DNA of 45,459 nt, taken from positions 1-45,459 of IMG/VR virus record IMGVR_UViG_3300016667_001153; one strand, written 5' to 3'. The notes beneath the pieces are model-generated. The model saw only the letters and a list, made by a program, of their open reading frames with translations, had not been told where the DNA came from and did not search any database. Source of the DNA: a virus. Its lineage: Duplodnaviria; Caudoviricetes. This document shows positions 7,520-17,908 of this stretch, in pieces. The translations under genes were made by a program, and so were the position numbers. Numbering within the stretch: position 1 is the stretch's first letter; each line of letters starts with the position of its first letter.

Positions 7520-8722
7520 ATGCCACCGGAAACGCAGCCCGCACCCTACCCCACCAGCATGGATGCAGATGCCATGCGGTATCTCGCAGAGCACGGCATC
7601 GCCCCTCGTCGGCTCCGAATCCGTTCGTCGGACTACCGCATGCTGCGATCCTGCCCGTTCACCTGGTATCTCAGCCGGCGCCTTGGACTCATCAAGGCAA
7701 GCTCGTACAGCAACGCGCTCAGCCGTGGATCATGGGCGCACCTCGCGTTTGCGTGCGCGAAGAGCGGGAACGGGTACGACCTCTACATGAACGCGCTTGC
7801 CGCACGCGAGCAGGAGATCCGAGTCACCGCAAAGGCAATCGGCTGGCAGCCTGAGACCGTGCGCGACATGATCGAGCGCGAAGAGAAGGACGCGATCACC
7901 GCATACTCGTGGTTCCAGGCCGCGCTTGACGTTCCGTACGACCAGCACGGCACGACGCTCAAGCAGTGGCTCGGCTTCACGTCCTTCCTGTCGCAGGAGG
8001 TCATGTACACGCACGAGGACTGCGTCATCCAGCCCGATGCAATCGTGTCCATGAAGTCAGACCCGGACACCATCTGGATCGTCGATTTCAAGACGACCGC
8101 GCACAACCCGCAGGTTCGCCTGCAGACCTGCCCGGTGGAGTTCCAGACGCAGCACTACTTCCACGTGCTTCAGTCGCTCATGCATGAGAACCGGGACTTC
8201 GAGGGCAAGAAGCTTGGTGGCGTGCTGCACGTTGCGGTGCAGAAACCCACCATCGAGTTCGGCATGAAGGACCGTCCATTCACGCTGGACACGTCCCCGT
8301 TCAAGAGCGGTCCCCGCAAGGGCGAACCGCGCAACGAGAAGATCTACATCGGCGACCCCGACCCGTCGCTCTACCAGCAGAGATGCTACGAATGGTATGT
8401 CGGCACGGGCGAGTACCTGCATCTTGAGCCCGAGCGACTCACCGCGCCGTGCGTGAACTTTTCGACGACGACGCGCGATCATTTGCTTGATGCAGAATCG
8501 ATCCGGATGTACAATGAGCGTCTCGGCTTTTGCCGAAACTACCTGGGACGCGAACCGTGGCCATCGCAATACGAGATCGGAGACCCAAGCGTGGGCGTCG
8601 GCGGATTGTCGCCGTACTTCCCGTTCATGGTCGTCGAACCCGGTCGCTGGCCGGACGTCATTGCCCAGGAGCGGTTTGTCCAGCGTGACCGAGACGACGC
8701 AGTCTTACAGGAGCAAGCATGA
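7520..8722 (+). CDS. PD-(D/E)xK (RecB/Cas4-like) exonuclease (400 aa)
   Basis: RBS AAGGAG; RSS..CP..WYL, GSWAH, QPDAIV..IVDFKTT and QTQHY motifs. Confidence 0.82.
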   Translation: MPPETQPAPYPTSMDADAMRYLAEHGIAPRRLRIRSSDYRMLRSCPFTWYLSRRLGLIKASSYSNALSRGSWAHLAFACAKSGNGYDLYMNALAAREQEIRVTAKAIGWQPETVRDMIEREEKDAITAYSWFQAALDVPYDQHGTTLKQWLGFTSFLSQEVMYTHEDCVIQPDAIVSMKSDPDTIWIVDFKTTAHNPQVRLQTCPVEFQTQHYFHVLQSLMHENRDFEGKKLGGVLHVAVQKPTIEFGMKDRPFTLDTSPFKSGPRKGEPRNEKIYIGDPDPSLYQQRCYEWYVGTGEYLHLEPERLTAPCVNFSTTTRDHLLDAESIRMYNERLGFCRNYLGREPWPSQYEIGDPSVGVGGLSPYFPFMVVEPGRWPDVIAQERFVQRDRDDAVLQEQA

Positions 8723-9192
8723 CGGAAACAGAGGAAACAAAGCGCCCGGTTCCGGTGCGGAAGCACCCATTCGCCCCGTTCCACGAGGAGATCCTCGCGA
8801 AGGTCATCGCGCCGCGCATTGCGGAAACGGTGGCCCAAGGAGGCGGAAGCGTGACCAACAGGGCAGAGCTTCACCGCAAGTTCAACGAGCAGCACGGCAC
8901 GACGGTCTCGTACTCCACGTTCTCCGATTGGTGCGAAGAGCTTGACATCAAGTTCGAGACACGCATCCATGTCGAAATCCCTGGATACAGGTCCAGCAGA
9001 ATGAGCGTGCCGGCGCGACCCGTGCAGTTTGAGGCGCCGTCCGAAATGGACATGCAGCCGGAGCAGATGTTCGACAACGTGCCGCGTCAGTCCGCAGCGG
9101 TTCCGATCCATTTCGCACTGGGCGAAAGGGACATCCTGCCCGGCGGTATTCCCGCGCCGGTCATGATGGACAGGGAATTCGGGAACCAGTGA
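8719..9192 (+). CDS. hypothetical protein, possible HTH-like DNA-binding domain (157 aa)
   Basis: RBS AGGAG; ATGA overlap; NRAELHRKF...VSYSTFSDWC is HTH-like (weak). Confidence 0.7.
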   Translation: MTETEETKRPVPVRKHPFAPFHEEILAKVIAPRIAETVAQGGGSVTNRAELHRKFNEQHGTTVSYSTFSDWCEELDIKFETRIHVEIPGYRSSRMSVPARPVQFEAPSEMDMQPEQMFDNVPRQSAAVPIHFALGERDILPGGIPAPVMMDREFGNQ

Positions 9193-9199
9193 GTGAATC

Positions 9200-10099
9200 A
9201 TGACACACACCCTGGCAAACGGCAGGACGGTCGCCTCCAAGTACCCGTCGCTCGGATCACCCGTCGTCGCAGGCAAGGTCCCCATCGGACGCATGCTTGG
9301 CCTTGTCGTCGGTGAGGCAGGCGCAGGCAAGTCGTTCCTGCTTCAGTCCAACCCAAACGCATTCATCATCAACCTCGATGAGACGCCCGCAGTGTGCCCC
9401 ACCAGCGAAGCCGTCATGTTCCCGACTCCGGGATCGGACGGACGCGCACAGGACGAGAAGGGAAACCCCATCGTGCTCTCGTGGAAGCTGGTGGAGGAGA
9501 AGCACAAGCAACTCGTCGACCTTGCCACCCGCAACCAGCCCAGGCCGGAGACCGTCGTCATCGACACGCTCGGTGCCGCCATTCGCTTGCTGAGGCCGCA
9601 CATCGCCAGCCTCTACGGCCGCGAGAAGTTCACCGACGTGGACGGCCGGCTGGGCTGGGAGCGGTTGTTCGACACCCTGATCGAGTTTGGCGCGTCGCTG
9701 CGCCGGCACGGTTACGGCGTCTACTACATCGCCCACCTGTCCCGCAAGCACATCCCGCTGTCCGAGCAGCAGCACGTCGAGGAGTACAAGATCCTCATCT
9801 CGGACGGTCTGTACGCGCGCATGTTCCCGATGTTTGACATCGTCATCCCGATCACCACAACGTGGGACACCATCGAGGAGGTCCGCGAGGTGGAGACAAA
9901 GGTCGGGGACCGCATCATCAAGAGGCAGGTCACGGACAGCCGCAAGGTGCGCAAGCACTTCGCGACGTTCTCCAACCCAAAGCTGGAGGGCATTGCAAAG
10001 GTCCGCACCCTGAATCCCATCGACACCATCCAGCTGCCAACCGATGGAGCATGGTCGGCCATGCAGGCTGCGTACAACGCGGCGAACGCGCCCCGCTGA
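9200..10099 (+). CDS. Sak4-like AAA ATPase / recombinase (299 aa)
   Basis: Walker A GEAGAGKS, Walker B VVIDTL, YIAH; lies between an exonuclease and an SSB-like gene, the usual Sak4 context. Confidence 0.8.
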   Translation: MTHTLANGRTVASKYPSLGSPVVAGKVPIGRMLGLVVGEAGAGKSFLLQSNPNAFIINLDETPAVCPTSEAVMFPTPGSDGRAQDEKGNPIVLSWKLVEEKHKQLVDLATRNQPRPETVVIDTLGAAIRLLRPHIASLYGREKFTDVDGRLGWERLFDTLIEFGASLRRHGYGVYYIAHLSRKHIPLSEQQHVEEYKILISDGLYARMFPMFDIVIPITTTWDTIEEVREVETKVGDRIIKRQVTDSRKVRKHFATFSNPKLEGIAKVRTLNPIDTIQLPTDGAWSAMQAAYNAANAPR

Positions 10100-10175
10100 C
10101 GCGGGGGGCGCGCTCGCCTTCCCATCTACCGTTTCGTTCGTTTCGTTTCATCACCCCTTTTACTTGGAGCATCAG

Positions 10176-10700
10176 ATGCCCATCGACAGCAAGGTCAAGA
10201 CCGTCTTCTCCGCACTCAACGACACCTTCAAGGCCGCTCAGGCCGACGCGGGCCTCGGCGCCCTCGGATGGTGGCCGGAAGAGGGCAACCACGACTGCTT
10301 CGTCACTGACGTGAACATGCAGGAGTCGCCCTTCAAGCAGGCTGACGGATCGACCTACCCCGGTTTCGAGATCCAGTTCTCCTACCAGCTCATCAGCGAT
10401 CCGGGCCAGAGTGAGCCCCGTCGTTGGATCGGCGCACCCTTCCGCCTCCCGCAGGACATCACCACGCTGTCCGACGCCAAGGCCAAGACCCGCGCCGAGA
10501 TCGAGATGCGCCGCCTCAAGGGCCACCTGACGACCTGCCTCCGCCGCGAGCCGCAGGACCTGGGTGCCGCCCTGGCGGAGCTGTCCAACCGTCTGGAAAA
10601 CACCGACTCGGCCGTTGCCGTTGTCGTCAAGTGCCAGTACGATCAGGTGAACGGCAAGACCTACCGCAAGGAGTACCTGCAGAAGGCCCTGTCGACCTGA
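10176..10700 (+). CDS. putative ssDNA-binding protein (DUF669-like, 174 aa)
   Basis: RBS GGAG; WPEEGNHDCFVTDV..F.YQL pattern; immediately follows the Sak4-like ATPase. Confidence 0.6.
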   Translation: MPIDSKVKTVFSALNDTFKAAQADAGLGALGWWPEEGNHDCFVTDVNMQESPFKQADGSTYPGFEIQFSYQLISDPGQSEPRRWIGAPFRLPQDITTLSDAKAKTRAEIEMRRLKGHLTTCLRREPQDLGAALAELSNRLENTDSAVAVVVKCQYDQVNGKTYRKEYLQKALST

Positions 10701-10838
10701 CCTAATTAGCCCCACCAGCCGGGGAGGGGGAGTGCCCAACAGCGCCCCCTCCCCTCATTGGTGGGACCAACCCCCCGGTAGCGCGGCACGTTGAGTTTCG
10801 GCTCCGTGCCGCGTCTTTTCATGGATAGGATAAGACGC

Positions 10839-11321
10839 ATGGCCTATGAACTGACCATGGTGTTCACTGTGCCTGATCACGGCACGTTCCTGGAAATCAG
10901 TGAGCACATCCAGCGGACCAAGAAGGACCTTGGTATCGAGCCATCGTGCTACTGCATGACTGCTTCTGGCGAGGAGTCCCGCGGCGATTGGGCCTGGATC
11001 CGCTGGGAGGACGACGACCACGTCAAGTTGGACTTTGTGATCAAGTACTGGGCGCGCAAGTTCCCGAACTGCATCGTGGAACGCGTGCATCGCATCAACA
11101 AGTCCAAGTTCTTTGAGAAGCTATTCAAGAAGACAAGGCGGTCAGAGGTGATGCAGCACGCGGTTGCGTCGATTGCTCACTTGGCATCGAAGGGCGTGAC
11201 GACCGCTGGCATGATCTCGCATGCGGAGGAAATTCTTGCAGACATGGAACTCATCGTGCGAGAGCTCCGCAAGGCCCGCAATACGCCACGAACTGGAAAG
11301 ACCCGCGACAATCAGGCTTGA
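10839..11321 (+). CDS. hypothetical protein (160 aa)
   Basis: ORF with AGGA upstream; the start could also be 10821. Confidence 0.65.
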   Translation: MAYELTMVFTVPDHGTFLEISEHIQRTKKDLGIEPSCYCMTASGEESRGDWAWIRWEDDDHVKLDFVIKYWARKFPNCIVERVHRINKSKFFEKLFKKTRRSEVMQHAVASIAHLASKGVTTAGMISHAEEILADMELIVRELRKARNTPRTGKTRDNQA

Positions 11322-11805
11322 GTCCGGCCACTCCGGAAACAAGGACTGGAAGCTGTACGCGCAGCTTCACGTGCCGAGGGCCTGGTTTGGGCGCGGAGCA
11401 CGAAGGATGGGCGCGCAGCCCGCATGCGTGGTCGAGTTTCCCAGGCATCCCATGAGATGGTGGCTCGTGCTGGCGCACAGCACCGACCCCCACTACACCA
11501 CGCACGACCCCGCCACGCTGGTGGGGCACTGGGAACACGAGGCGCGCGTCCGCGTCACGCACAGCCCATACTCAAGGGCACAGGTGACAAAGGAAGAGGC
11601 GCGCATCTTCTGGACAATCCAGAGGAACGACATGAACAAGATCGCACGGGCCGGCGCAGCCATGGGCCTCGACCCGCTGTGGGTCGGATCCCGCATGACC
11701 AACAGGTGGTTTGCGGGCGCGACCAGGTTCTTCCCGGTGCAGAGGATCGTTCAGGCGTGGATCCCGCTCGGCGCTCAACGCTTGGGCAGCTGGCTCCAAA
11801 CGTAA
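11221..11805 (+). CDS. hypothetical Trp-rich protein; start uncertain
   Basis: Fills the gap up to the convergent virion block; last + strand gene. Confidence 0.5.
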   Translation: MRRKFLQTWNSSCESSARPAIRHELERPATIRLESGHSGNKDWKLYAQLHVPRAWFGRGARRMGAQPACVVEFPRHPMRWWLVLAHSTDPHYTTHDPATLVGHWEHEARVRVTHSPYSRAQVTKEEARIFWTIQRNDMNKIARAGAAMGLDPLWVGSRMTNRWFAGATRFFPVQRIVQAWIPLGAQRLGSWLQT

Positions 11806-14800
11806 CGAGCCTGTTCGTTGACCGCAAATGGGCTGGTGGACAGCATGTTCGGATTCGTCTGCGAAAGCAGGTCGCGGTACTGCTGCTGCAGGTCCTTGTC
11901 GATGGTGTCCATCGTGCGGTCCGCAACCGACTGTTCGCGCATCTTGACCGCCTCGCGCATCTGCTGCTGCGTAACCGTCAGGGGCATGCCGAATTGCTTC
12001 TCGAACTGCGCCTTGATGCTCATCGCCTTCTGCATGTTGTTGCCGAGCACGTTTGCGATCCACTGCCTTCGCAGGTCACGCATCTGGTCGCGGTTCTTCA
12101 GGAGGAACTGCGTCACTTCGGTCTGGTTTCCGAACCGACCCAGGTCCGTACCCATTCCCTTGAGCACCATGTCGGACGCGCTGTAACTGCCCAGGTAGCG
12201 GTCGTCCGAGTCGAACATTGGCACGTTTCCGTTCTGGTCGATCTTGTCCCATGCGGCGTACTTCTTCTGGAGGCCGATGGCCTGCAGCGTCTCGGAAGGC
12301 CCCATGCTTCCGAGCGCACGACTAATCGACACGCCGCCTGGAATGATCAACGGGGTGACGTTCGACATGATCTCGGCGTCGCCACCGCTCATCACGCCGC
12401 GAATCACCTGGTAACCGGCGTCCATGAACGGAGGCACGGGAAGCTGGAGTTCCTTGTCGCGGTCGACGTCAATCTTCGGCATGAACCCCACCAGCAGGCC
12501 GCGGCTGATGTCCGCGCCGGCGATGTTCTTCATCACGTCATACGCAATTGCCGAATAGCCGAGGGCGCGCACAAAGTCCATCGACCGGATCCCCATCCTG
12601 CCGATGGCCGTCTCGCCGCTAACCTCCATTGACAACGGTCCCACGCCGAGCGTGCGCGTGCCGCCGACCATGTCGGGGATCGTGGCAAAGTTGACCATTG
12701 AACGCACGGGGAACTGCAGGAACTGGCGGATCGCAGGGTTTGCAAGGAATCCCTTGTAGAACATCACCGGCCTGTTCATGGGACTCGAACCAAACTGCAT
12801 CGCCTCGACGGCCTGCCTTGCGTCCTCGACCGCACGGATCGGGTCGAGCGCCTTGATGGTGTTCGATCCGCGCATCGCCCAGCCCTCTTCGGCCGCGTTG
12901 AGCACGGAGTTGGCTGTGACAAGCCGGTTGAGCATCTCGGCCGTCTGGAAGGGCTTCATCACGAACGAGAACACGTTGTCGATGATTCCCTTGCTCACCA
13001 TCTGCGAACCGTAGCCGGCGCGCTCGACGCCGCCCCACGAGTTCTTCAGGTCTGCAACCGTGTGCAGGTCGACGACAACGTTGCCGGGAAGGTTGCGACT
13101 GAAGTGCTTGTCGATCAGGTTGTCGACATCCACCTGCGACGGATTCATGCCGAGCGACGCGCGGTCGACGGCAAACGCATACATCTGCTTGATGCTCTGC
13201 GCGTAGGCCCTTGCGACGTTCTTCACCCCGAGCTGGTGCAGGTTGTGCAACGGCTGCTGCAGGTTGACCAGCGCGCTCCCGATGTTCAGGCCCATCGTCG
13301 AGCCATAGAAGATCTTGGCGACGTTCGAGCCGAAACCAGTGGTGTCGTACGGCGTGTTGCCGAACCGACGCATCGAGCGCACGAAACGCTCCGCAACGCC
13401 GCCGTACGACTCGACCTCCTTCATGAATTCGGAGTTCGCGATCTTCAGGGCAGTCCCCTTGAAGAACGCATGCGTCGCATGGGACGCCCCGTCCTCCAGA
13501 GTGCGGAGGCCAAACACGCTTGGAAGGACGTGTTCCCGCATTGCCTTGGTCACGTAACCGTCCGCCCCGTTGGCCTCCTCGACCGCCCGCATCTGGGTGT
13601 CGATGATGTCCCACATGGAATACCCACCGGCGGGATTCCTAAAACGGCTGTTGGGATCGAACGGATACTCGCTTGCCAGCGCGCCGCCCGTCTCCATCTT
13701 GCCAAGCGGACCAGGGTAACGCGTCGACATCCGCTTGCCGGTGGGGCGGTAGTCCGCGAGCGCGGCGCGAACAAACGGATCCTCCGCTGCATTCGCGTTG
13801 AAGAACACGTAGTCGCGCGCAGTGGACGAGATGTACTTGCTCATTGCCCTGTGCGGAGCGACCCGGTGGACTGAGTACCGTCCCTGCGGATTCGAGCGGG
13901 CAATGTTGTCAACGGTCTCCTGCGCCTCTTCCGCCATGCGGAGCAGCTCTTCGGTTCCGCCGAGGTTTCTGTGCATGCGGCGCAGGTCCTCGGGATCCCA
14001 CGAAGCCTCTTGCCTGACACGGAACCTCGTGCGACCGGACGGTGCAATTCGGTTGGCGTTCTGCACCATCTCGCCGGGCGATGAGAGGTTGCTTGCGTCG
14101 ACACGCATCTTCACGCCACGGACGTTCTCGTAGGTCTCGGCCGTGTTTCGAGGGAAGTAATTGGGATCGGAAAGGACCCTTTCCTGCGTGTTGACGACGA
14201 GGTCCTCGATCTCCTGGACAGACATACCCTGCGGGCTGAGCATTTCGCGGTTGTTCTGGTGCTCGCCCATGGGAGACCTGTTCCGGATCTCGTTCATGGC
14301 CTGTATGAAATCGTCGCCCATGAGGGCGTTGATCTTGTTGATGCTGTCCGAGTTGAAGTTGCCGTCAGGCCCCACCACCGCGCCGCTGGCCTTGATATTG
14401 GCCCGCGCCTCGCGCAGAACCTTTGCGCGGTCGATCACGAATTGACCGGTTTCCGCGTAATACGGCTCGTTGCCGTACCGAAGGACCTTCTGGTCCATGA
14501 CGCTCTTGCGGACGGCGGCAATGTGGTCCTCCAGACCATACTCGCGGACCAGCTCATCGAGCCTGGCGGCATCGACGAGCACGCCACGGCTGTGAACCTC
14601 CGTCTTCACCTTCACGCCGCTGATGGCCATGGACTCCGGCAGGTCATACATGCGAAGCCTGCCGCTGTTGTAGTCCGTCTTGATGTTGTTGCCGATTTCC
14701 TCGATGCCCCAGGACACGTTGTCGCCGTTGACGATCCGGCGCAGCATCACGCCGCCACGGCGATTGCGAAGCTCCTCGAGAGCTTCATCCGGCAGGTGGA

Positions 14801-15512
14801 TCATCTGCTCCCGCCGGTTGCCGTTCTCATCGACCCACATGGAACGCACGATGTTCTTGTCGCGCTCCAGCTTGGTGGCGTACTCAAACGAATGAGGCTT
14901 GTCGTAGCCAAGAACCTTTGCGTGCGTCACGTCCTCGATCATGCGGAGGTCGTGTTCAATTGCCGCGCTTGGGGCGTCCTCCGGGTTCATCGAGGTCACG
15001 CGCGTACCGTGCTTCTCGCTGAGCATCTTGAGGATTCGCTCAACACCAGGCGTGATAGTCTTGGCGAGCTCCCCGCTCTTCTTCTCGATGTTGTACGCGC
15101 TGCGCTCAATCAAAGCCGGGATGGGCGTGTCGTGCAGTTCCTGTGCAAGGCTCAGTGCGCGGATTGAACGAAGGATCGGCCACTTCGACTTTGCCCATTC
15201 GCCGTACCCTGCGCTGCGGAGACCACCGGTGAACATGCGGCCCGAAGCCGCGAAGTTCTTCGTGATTGCCGCACCGCCTGCGATGAACGCAAGCCACGTC
15301 AGCGGATTTGCGAGGACGTCAATGGCGGCGTTGATGATGGAGTGGTCGCCGAGTTCCTTCTTGAGGTCGTCAGTGTACGACTCGCGTTCACGAGGTGACA
15401 GCGCCGCAGGGTCGAAGAGTGCCCTGCGGACGCTGTCGGTGCTCGCGACACCATTGCCGATCTGGCCAAGGATGACCGCGGGCCTGTCGTAAACCCGGAT
15501 CGGGTCAAACAC
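11775..15512 (-). CDS. large internal virion / DNA ejection protein (1245 aa)
   Basis: Largest ORF, last in the virion block, helical with hydrophobic patches, as for podovirus ejection proteins (positional inference). Confidence 0.65.
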   Translation of the reverse strand: MFDPIRVYDRPAVILGQIGNGVASTDSVRRALFDPAALSPRERESYTDDLKKELGDHSIINAAIDVLANPLTWLAFIAGGAAITKNFAASGRMFTGGLRSAGYGEWAKSKWPILRSIRALSLAQELHDTPIPALIERSAYNIEKKSGELAKTITPGVERILKMLSEKHGTRVTSMNPEDAPSAAIEHDLRMIEDVTHAKVLGYDKPHSFEYATKLERDKNIVRSMWVDENGNRREQMIHLPDEALEELRNRRGGVMLRRIVNGDNVSWGIEEIGNNIKTDYNSGRLRMYDLPESMAISGVKVKTEVHSRGVLVDAARLDELVREYGLEDHIAAVRKSVMDQKVLRYGNEPYYAETGQFVIDRAKVLREARANIKASGAVVGPDGNFNSDSINKINALMGDDFIQAMNEIRNRSPMGEHQNNREMLSPQGMSVQEIEDLVVNTQERVLSDPNYFPRNTAETYENVRGVKMRVDASNLSSPGEMVQNANRIAPSGRTRFRVRQEASWDPEDLRRMHRNLGGTEELLRMAEEAQETVDNIARSNPQGRYSVHRVAPHRAMSKYISSTARDYVFFNANAAEDPFVRAALADYRPTGKRMSTRYPGPLGKMETGGALASEYPFDPNSRFRNPAGGYSMWDIIDTQMRAVEEANGADGYVTKAMREHVLPSVFGLRTLEDGASHATHAFFKGTALKIANSEFMKEVESYGGVAERFVRSMRRFGNTPYDTTGFGSNVAKIFYGSTMGLNIGSALVNLQQPLHNLHQLGVKNVARAYAQSIKQMYAFAVDRASLGMNPSQVDVDNLIDKHFSRNLPGNVVVDLHTVADLKNSWGGVERAGYGSQMVSKGIIDNVFSFVMKPFQTAEMLNRLVTANSVLNAAEEGWAMRGSNTIKALDPIRAVEDARQAVEAMQFGSSPMNRPVMFYKGFLANPAIRQFLQFPVRSMVNFATIPDMVGGTRTLGVGPLSMEVSGETAIGRMGIRSMDFVRALGYSAIAYDVMKNIAGADISRGLLVGFMPKIDVDRDKELQLPVPPFMDAGYQVIRGVMSGGDAEIMSNVTPLIIPGGVSISRALGSMGPSETLQAIGLQKKYAAWDKIDQNGNVPMFDSDDRYLGSYSASDMVLKGMGTDLGRFGNQTEVTQFLLKNRDQMRDLRRQWIANVLGNNMQKAMSIKAQFEKQFGMPLTVTQQQMREAVKMREQSVADRTMDTIDKDLQQQYRDLLSQTNPNMLSTSPFAVNEQARYVWSQLPKR

Positions 15513-15526
15513 CCGTCACCCCCGGT

Positions 15527-15967
15527 TCACTTGGGACGGCTGCGGAAACGCACCTGCACGGTGATCAGCGAGGCCGTGGCTGCAGAGGCCGGCACAAACA
15601 TGAGCCAGCTGCCGGCATCAAGCGTGTTCTTGGTGTTGTCCAGCTTGGTCGAAGCACCAAGCGTGCCGACACCGCTCTCCGTCGTCAGGTTGAAGAACGT
15701 GTTCGACGAAGCGATGCTGAACGTACCGACGCTGCCGGCCAGGATCGTGGCCGGGGACGCCATCGTGGTCGAGGTGCTCTTCTGGATGGTCGCGGTCGCG
15801 CCACCGCTCGAGGCGGTCAGCACGCCGACGACCACGGAGTCGACGATCAGGTTGCGGTCCGCGTACAGGATCGGCACGCCGCCGGCCGGGCACGCAACGA
15901 TGACTTCAGTGACGACCTGCTGATCGTCGTGGTAGTACTGGGTGGGGAGTGAGTTTTCGCCTGCCAT
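15527..15967 (-). CDS. Ser/Thr-rich virion protein (146 aa)
   Basis: RBS AAGGAG; beta-strand-rich composition. Confidence 0.7.
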   Translation of the reverse strand: MAGENSLPTQYYHDDQQVVTEVIVACPAGGVPILYADRNLIVDSVVVGVLTASSGGATATIQKSTSTTMASPATILAGSVGTFSIASSNTFFNLTTESGVGTLGASTKLDNTKNTLDAGSWLMFVPASAATASLITVQVRFRSRPK

Positions 15968-16014
15968 TGTTGTCTCCTTGGACGGGTTGATGATACAGGT
16001 GCAATAACGGAATG

Positions 16015-17052
16015 CTAGAACGAACCGGGCGTGGACATGAGGTTTCCAAGCTCGTTCATGAGATCGGTGCGGGGGCGGCCCCCGATGACGACCGCACCCT
16101 GCGGAAGCCGACGTCCGGCCATCACGCTCTGGTACAGGTCCGGGGCCTCCATGGCCAGCCGCTGGATGTTCTGATCAACCGTGTGCTGCCTGAACCGCTT
16201 GAGGTTCGCATTCCGCGCCAACTCGTCCGCGTCGCTTATAAGGCGATTGCGGTAGTCGAAATCGTTGCGCTCCTTGGACATCTCGTCGCCGATGTTGTAG
16301 GCGTCGTAGATGCCCTTGCCGAGGGTCGCAAGACCGGTCCCGATGATGCCGAGCCTGAGCAGCGGGTTTTCGGCGACAAAGGACAGCGAGGATCGAAGAC
16401 CACTTCCGATCTTCGGCATGATCCTGGACGCACCCGTTCCGATGCTTTCCCCGACCTGCGCGGCCGTCCTGGCCGTCCTCGCTGCCCTGGCCCCACCAGC
16501 TGCCCGCGTGGCGGCGGATTCCGTTGCACCGGTTCGCGTTCCCTGTGCGGCAGCCTGAGCGGCGTCGGCGACCTCGGAAGCAGGATTGTTGCGGGCTTCC
16601 AGGTCGGCCTCGATTGAACGACGGGCAGCACGCCTTGCCGAGTCCCGAACACCGGCCTCGTATTCCGCTTCATGATATTCAGGGCCACCAACAATAACGC
16701 GACGCTTGGTGCCGTCAGGCATCCTCACGCTGATGGTGCGCCTTCCCTGCCAGGCTGAACGCTCGTTGCGAATCGCTTCATCTACATCCAAAGGACTAGA
16801 CAGCGTTTGATCTAGATTTCTAACCTTGAACTTTGGTATAAGCCGCTCGCCATTGACTTCAATTGGATCGACAAAACCAAGTTGATGAATTGTCCGGACG
16901 TCTTGGTCAATCTTGCGAAGGACCTCAGTTTCGGGATGCCGCTGCAAACGCCTAACCCGTTCGGGACTGTGAAGCCAATCGGCATACTCACGGATGGCAT
17001 CGCTTCCGTACTTGTGCAGCAGCCACTGCTCTGGATCAATGTAATCGGTCAA
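16015..17052 (-). CDS. putative internal virion protein (up to 345 aa); start uncertain
   Basis: Ala/Arg-rich linker and a hydrophobic helix (LLRLGIIGTGLATLG); the 5' third has lower GC. Confidence 0.65.
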   Translation of the reverse strand: MTDYIDPEQWLLHKYGSDAIREYADWLHSPERVRRLQRHPETEVLRKIDQDVRTIHQLGFVDPIEVNGERLIPKFKVRNLDQTLSSPLDVDEAIRNERSAWQGRRTISVRMPDGTKRRVIVGGPEYHEAEYEAGVRDSARRAARRSIEADLEARNNPASEVADAAQAAAQGTRTGATESAATRAAGGARAARTARTAAQVGESIGTGASRIMPKIGSGLRSSLSFVAENPLLRLGIIGTGLATLGKGIYDAYNIGDEMSKERNDFDYRNRLISDADELARNANLKRFRQHTVDQNIQRLAMEAPDLYQSVMAGRRLPQGAVVIGGRPRTDLMNELGNLMSTPGSF

Positions 17053-17066
17053 GCCAGAGCCTCGTT

Positions 17067-17546
17067 TCAGGTGAAGTGCGAGATCATGTATCCGGGATCA
17101 ATTGCCGCACCGGCCTGCAACTGGCGGAGGCGAGCGGAGTCGCTGCCAATCAAATCCATGAGCTCACGGCTTCCGGCATTCTGGTAGTACCGGTTGTCGT
17201 TGCGGGCGCGCGCATAACCGCGGAGTCGGTTGATCAACTCTTCCTCTTCGCTAATGTCGGCAAGGCTTTGCGGGGCCTCGCCGGCAATGAGCCCCTCGTA
17301 GCCACCGCCCTGGGATGCGGCAAGCTGCTCCTTGGCAGCCTGCATCTCAAGTTCGCGCTGCACCTGGAATGCCTTGCGCTGCTGTGTTTCGGGCGATCCA
17401 TTGATCAACCGATCAAGCAGCATCGGACCAACCACAAACGCACCAAGCGTTCCAATGGTTCCGCCGTGTCTCCTAAAGAAACCCTTCTTTGCAGCCTCTG
17501 CGGCTCCCGTTTCGGCGGCCTGGGCTGCGGCTTGTGGTGCGCTCAT
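17067..17546 (-). CDS. putative internal virion/ejection protein (159 aa)
   Basis: RBS AAGGAG; GTIGTLGAFVVGPMLL hydrophobic segment followed by a Gln-rich helix. Confidence 0.7.
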   Translation of the reverse strand: MSAPQAAAQAAETGAAEAAKKGFFRRHGGTIGTLGAFVVGPMLLDRLINGSPETQQRKAFQVQRELEMQAAKEQLAASQGGGYEGLIAGEAPQSLADISEEEELINRLRGYARARNDNRYYQNAGSRELMDLIGSDSARLRQLQAGAAIDPGYMISHFT

Positions 17547-17908
17547 TCTTGCTCCTTGAACTCGATGGTGTCCTTGCTGTCAAGGATAACTGAAAGGGAC
17601 GACGGAACAAGAACCCCAACCGTGCAATCGTAGGAGTCGCCGTCCTTGACGATCATGAACGCAGGACGACGGCTCCGCCACACCCCGCAGTGCCGAATCC
17701 GCCACAACCATCCCCGGACCTTCCGCTGGGTGGGGTCGGCAATGCGCTCCCGCCTGTTCGCGGTCCCGCAGTCGTAGAACATCAGGTCTTCGTCAATGCA
17801 TTGGATCATGCCATCGCCGCAATCGGGCGTGACGACGGCCATGCCGCGCTCGTCAACCATCGACGTCGCCATGCGAACGGCCGCTTTCCAATCGCTTCCG
17901 GACGGCAA
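17543..17908 (-). CDS. hypothetical protein (121 aa)
   Basis: Exactly fills the gap between neighbours; TTG start. Confidence 0.55.
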   Translation of the reverse strand: MPSGSDWKAAVRMATSMVDERGMAVVTPDCGDGMIQCIDEDLMFYDCGTANRRERIADPTQRKVRGWLWRIRHCGVWRSRRPAFMIVKDGDSYDCTVGVLVPSSLSVILDSKDTIEFKEQE

